Assembly (NCBI GenBank): GCA_043228905.1
Contig: JBHGNT010000005.1
Coordinates: 5,456,001-5,520,000 of the forward strand
DNA: 64,000 bases
Source of the DNA: Azolla caroliniana
Lineage: Eukaryota > Plantae > Polypodiophyta
Direction: 5' to 3'
The notes under the pieces were generated by a model that saw nothing but the letters and a program-made list of their open reading frames with translations, did not search any database and was not told the origin of the DNA. The translations under genes and the position numbers were made by a program. Shown piece by piece: positions 60,531 through 64,000 of this stretch. Position 1 is the first letter of the stretch; each line of letters opens with the position of its first letter.

Positions 60531-63500
60531 TGCCATGGTGGACATTTGTGTTTTAGTTCTTTGTACAAATTTGTGTAGCTAATTCTAATTGTTTGTTCTC
60601 ATTTTTCCCAAAATAGTAAAATATAATTGAATATTCCACCCATTGCATGGTATATTTATACGGAGGATGTGACATCCCTAAAGATAAAGATTGCTCCTAC
60701 ATAATCTTTGTAACAAGCTTGATTTGTTTATCCATGTCTTAAATGTTACAAAGTCATGAGTCATTTTTTTAGATATAGGTAATGCGTTTTTCATAAGGGG
60801 TGTGTGTGCGTATACATGAGTAGTCCACCAACCAATGGTTTGATCACTTGATAAATAGACTAATAAGCAAAATTTAATAAAAAAATTCCGAGCATACTAT
60901 GTCGGGTGACCTCCAATTGTAGAGTGAGTTAGAGAGAGACAGTGCATGGGTCAAACTTCAATAACCGTTGTTTGCACTTTCCATTGTCATGTTGCTTGAA
61001 TAAAACAATTTTTTGTTGTTGTTTTATTTCATTTTCACCGCATTTCTAAAACTTCATATCTTTCTTTTTTCTTAAAATAAAAACGTTGTCTTGTGCTATG
61101 TATATCCACTACCTTTGCAATCAATCCAATCAAATAGGGGGAGTTTGAAACAAGGGGCCTCCATGCGAAGATATGGAAACAATCAAAGAAACCACCCTTT
61201 CCTTGTCTTTTATTTATTTATTTGTGCTCAAGGGCCTCTAGGGAAATATTTGGAAATCGTCAAACAAACGGCCTTTCCAAAAAATATTTCACATTAGTTT
61301 CTAGTAACATTTTGTCTAGGTGGGGGGTAGAAGGGACCCATAGTAGGATTTGGAAACCATCAAAATAAATGAGCTTTTTCACAATTTGTATATTTTGACT
61401 CAAGTGTTTGGAAGTGTGTAAGCATTCCATGATACGAAGAATATATGAAAGTGAACAAGAGGAAGGGACAGAAAGGGGTTAGAAGTTAGTTTCTAGGGCC
61501 AAGTGTGTGAAAGATATATGAACGTATGTGATGGATTGCAAGCAAGAGAATATGAACCAAATCATATAAGAAAAGGTTTCCAATTTTTATTCCTTGTAGT
61601 TATTGATGCGGGAGAGGAGGATGCTTGGCATATTGGGCACTTTTTCTCTCTAAGACACTCACGTTTTCTAGTAAGTAAGAAGTTGTTAGAGACTAAGTGT
61701 GTAAAGGGTGGGCCCCATCTCCAACAACCACATATATAGACATGTTGTGTGTGTGTGTGTTTGAGTGATAGAGAAGAGTGAATGTTATTACTATTTGTAG
61801 TTAATGGCAACTCCCATCAACTCCATTGAGTCTTCCTCTAGTAACTCTTCTAATTGCATAGCAGGTATCTCTCTCTCTCTCTCTCTAAATTTGCTAAGTC
61901 TTCCATTCCTCCTTAATTTGGTTACCTCCTCTCTTATTACTATACTTAACCTTTCATCCTTATTCCTCCCCTCTTATTGTCTCTCAATTGGGTGGCTTTT
62001 AGTATCCCACCTAATTAGGGGATATATATTTCCTCCTTAATTGGGAATTCTTGTCATATTAGCAATATACTTCATGGGATATTTTCCCATGCAATTTGAG
62101 GCCGGCCATTCTTTAGAGTGAGTTCCATATATTAATGCCTTTTGTGCATAAATTCCCATATTCATTTTTGCATGTCATATGATGAGAATAGGGATTAAAA
62201 ATTCCAACAAGTGTGTTAACTAAGAATATTTTGACATCACTTGCACTTTAAATGTCCAAAGAAATGGGCACATCAACAACCCTAATTAAATCGTAGAAAT
62301 CTAATGCATTATTACTCGAGACTAGAGGACCACATTAATTCACTAGGGGTGGCCATGGATATGTTGAGAAAACCAAAACCAACATGTATTAGTCGGAGTG
62401 GTTTAAAAACTCCTATACAATTGCCGATTCCCACACGCTCACTCATTCAAAATTATTCCGTGAGCAATGTGAACGTGTCTTGAATTCATTTAATTAGTGG
62501 CCCAATTAACATAGTAAGAGAGCTTATTAATTTAATTATATCACTAATTAAACCAACAAAATTGCTAAGTATACCTTATGACCAAGCCTATTTAAAAAGT
62601 GAAGCAAATTTACAAAAGTTATGGACATTTTGGTCATATTTAAGTAGAGATGGATAGGGGTATAATAGAAATAAAAAAGCTTTAGTACTTTCGTGATTGT
62701 AGGAAGAATTGTGAGATAACATTTGCATGTATGTATGGTGAACACTAGTTTGCAAGTGCTAACAAATTTGCAATTCACAGTGCATGGTTATGCACATGCA
62801 CTCAACCTTGTGTATGCCTTCAGAAAACTATTCCAAGCATAGGAAAGCCCATGTGCTAATTAGAGCATGATTGTCACATGAAAAATGCAGTCAAAGTATT
62901 CACATGTATGTGTGAGAAGTTACCTTAACTAGAGTCCTAATTTACATGTGACAATGAAAATATAGTTATGGTTTCTATGATTGATATAATTTTCTTTTCT
63001 GTTTTAGGGATGTGACATTAATGGTAGTAATACATAAATTTCTAAACCCTGGGGAGCTCTTGGTTTCAGTTGTTAGGGATGTGACCTTAATGGAATGGTA
63101 GTAATCCATAATTTTGTCAATTGTGGGAAGCTTTTGCTTTTGCTTGTTGAGTTACACAATACACCATCTAATCATGCGGGGAGCACAATCATGATAATCC
63201 CCTTGTACATGCATACCACATGGGTGGTGGCGTTGGTAGTATGTAAGGCATCTAGGGAGGTAAAAAATGTATGAGTTGGAGGCAAACAAACTTACATATG
63301 TTTTTTAAGTGTGGAGGCTTTTATGGACCACACATGTATTGCTCATAGTTCTTTATCTTTGACTTCAAAAAGAAAAGAAGTGCGCAAAAAGAAAATGAAC
63401 TATAAATTTTATTAGCTTCGATAGTATGCACAAACACATTGTGATGATTGCCAAAAGAGCATTGAGAATGAGATTAGGGTATTCATGCTGAAGCCAAACT

Positions 63501-63709
63501 TGCAATAATCTCTCGATGATACCCAATACGTGTACTATTGTATCAAACAATATGGTCCCTCTAGACACTCACAGACTACAATCTTATGGCCCCTTTCTAG
63601 ATTCCTAATATGGCATTATACATGACCCTCACTATGATGTATACATTCTTAATGGGAACAAGGGTGATATTAATACAAGATTTAATGTAGCTAGCTCTAA
63701 AACATAAAT

Positions 63710-63820
63710 AACCACATAAGATGGAACTATCGCGTCCCTACAGGGATTTGTACATAATAGTCTCATTTGTAAAATTTTATAACTAATGAAAGGAGTTTTT
63801 TTTGGAAAAAAATAAAAAAA
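63710..63820 (+). mobile_element. Short LINE 3'-end insertion
   Basis: TSD taaaacataaat (63698-63709, 63821-63832); matches the reverse complement of about 20780-20885. Confidence 0.8.
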
Positions 63821-64000
63821 TAAAACATAAATTACTAATTTTGAGAAATTTTAAAAAAACATAAATAACTAGATTTCATATTTATGATTCATTGTGTAGT
63901 ACTTTCTAAATGTGTGTGTGTACCACTAATTCCAAATTTGCCCCAAAAATTTCTAAATACATGCCATCTTTCTTTATGTGTAGTTAACCATAAGGTCACT

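Overview
AT-rich, intron-containing land-plant nuclear DNA, most likely a seed-free vascular plant such as a fern. This is inferred from the co-occurrence of a true PKA catalytic subunit, a VNS-type NAC and a Tcn1-like chromoviral gag. Three intact genes can be spliced by hand: a 12-exon PKA catalytic subunit (-, 354 aa), a 2-exon GT47/exostosin glycosyltransferase (+, 509 aa) and a 10-exon NMN adenylyltransferase (-, 242 aa). There is also a probable orphan 2-exon gene with a PLDLSL repressor-like motif head-to-head with PKA, and a disrupted VNS NAC pseudogene. The rest is nested transposon debris. It includes a Ty3/gypsy LTR with a heat-shock-element array, a tRNA-like insert and a self-priming site; a solo LTR; several L1-like LINE families, one tied to (GA)n tracts; two copies of a convergent double-tRNA cassette; hAT-type MITEs; and local tandem repeats. 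All calls are by-eye motif recognition; no database search was run.
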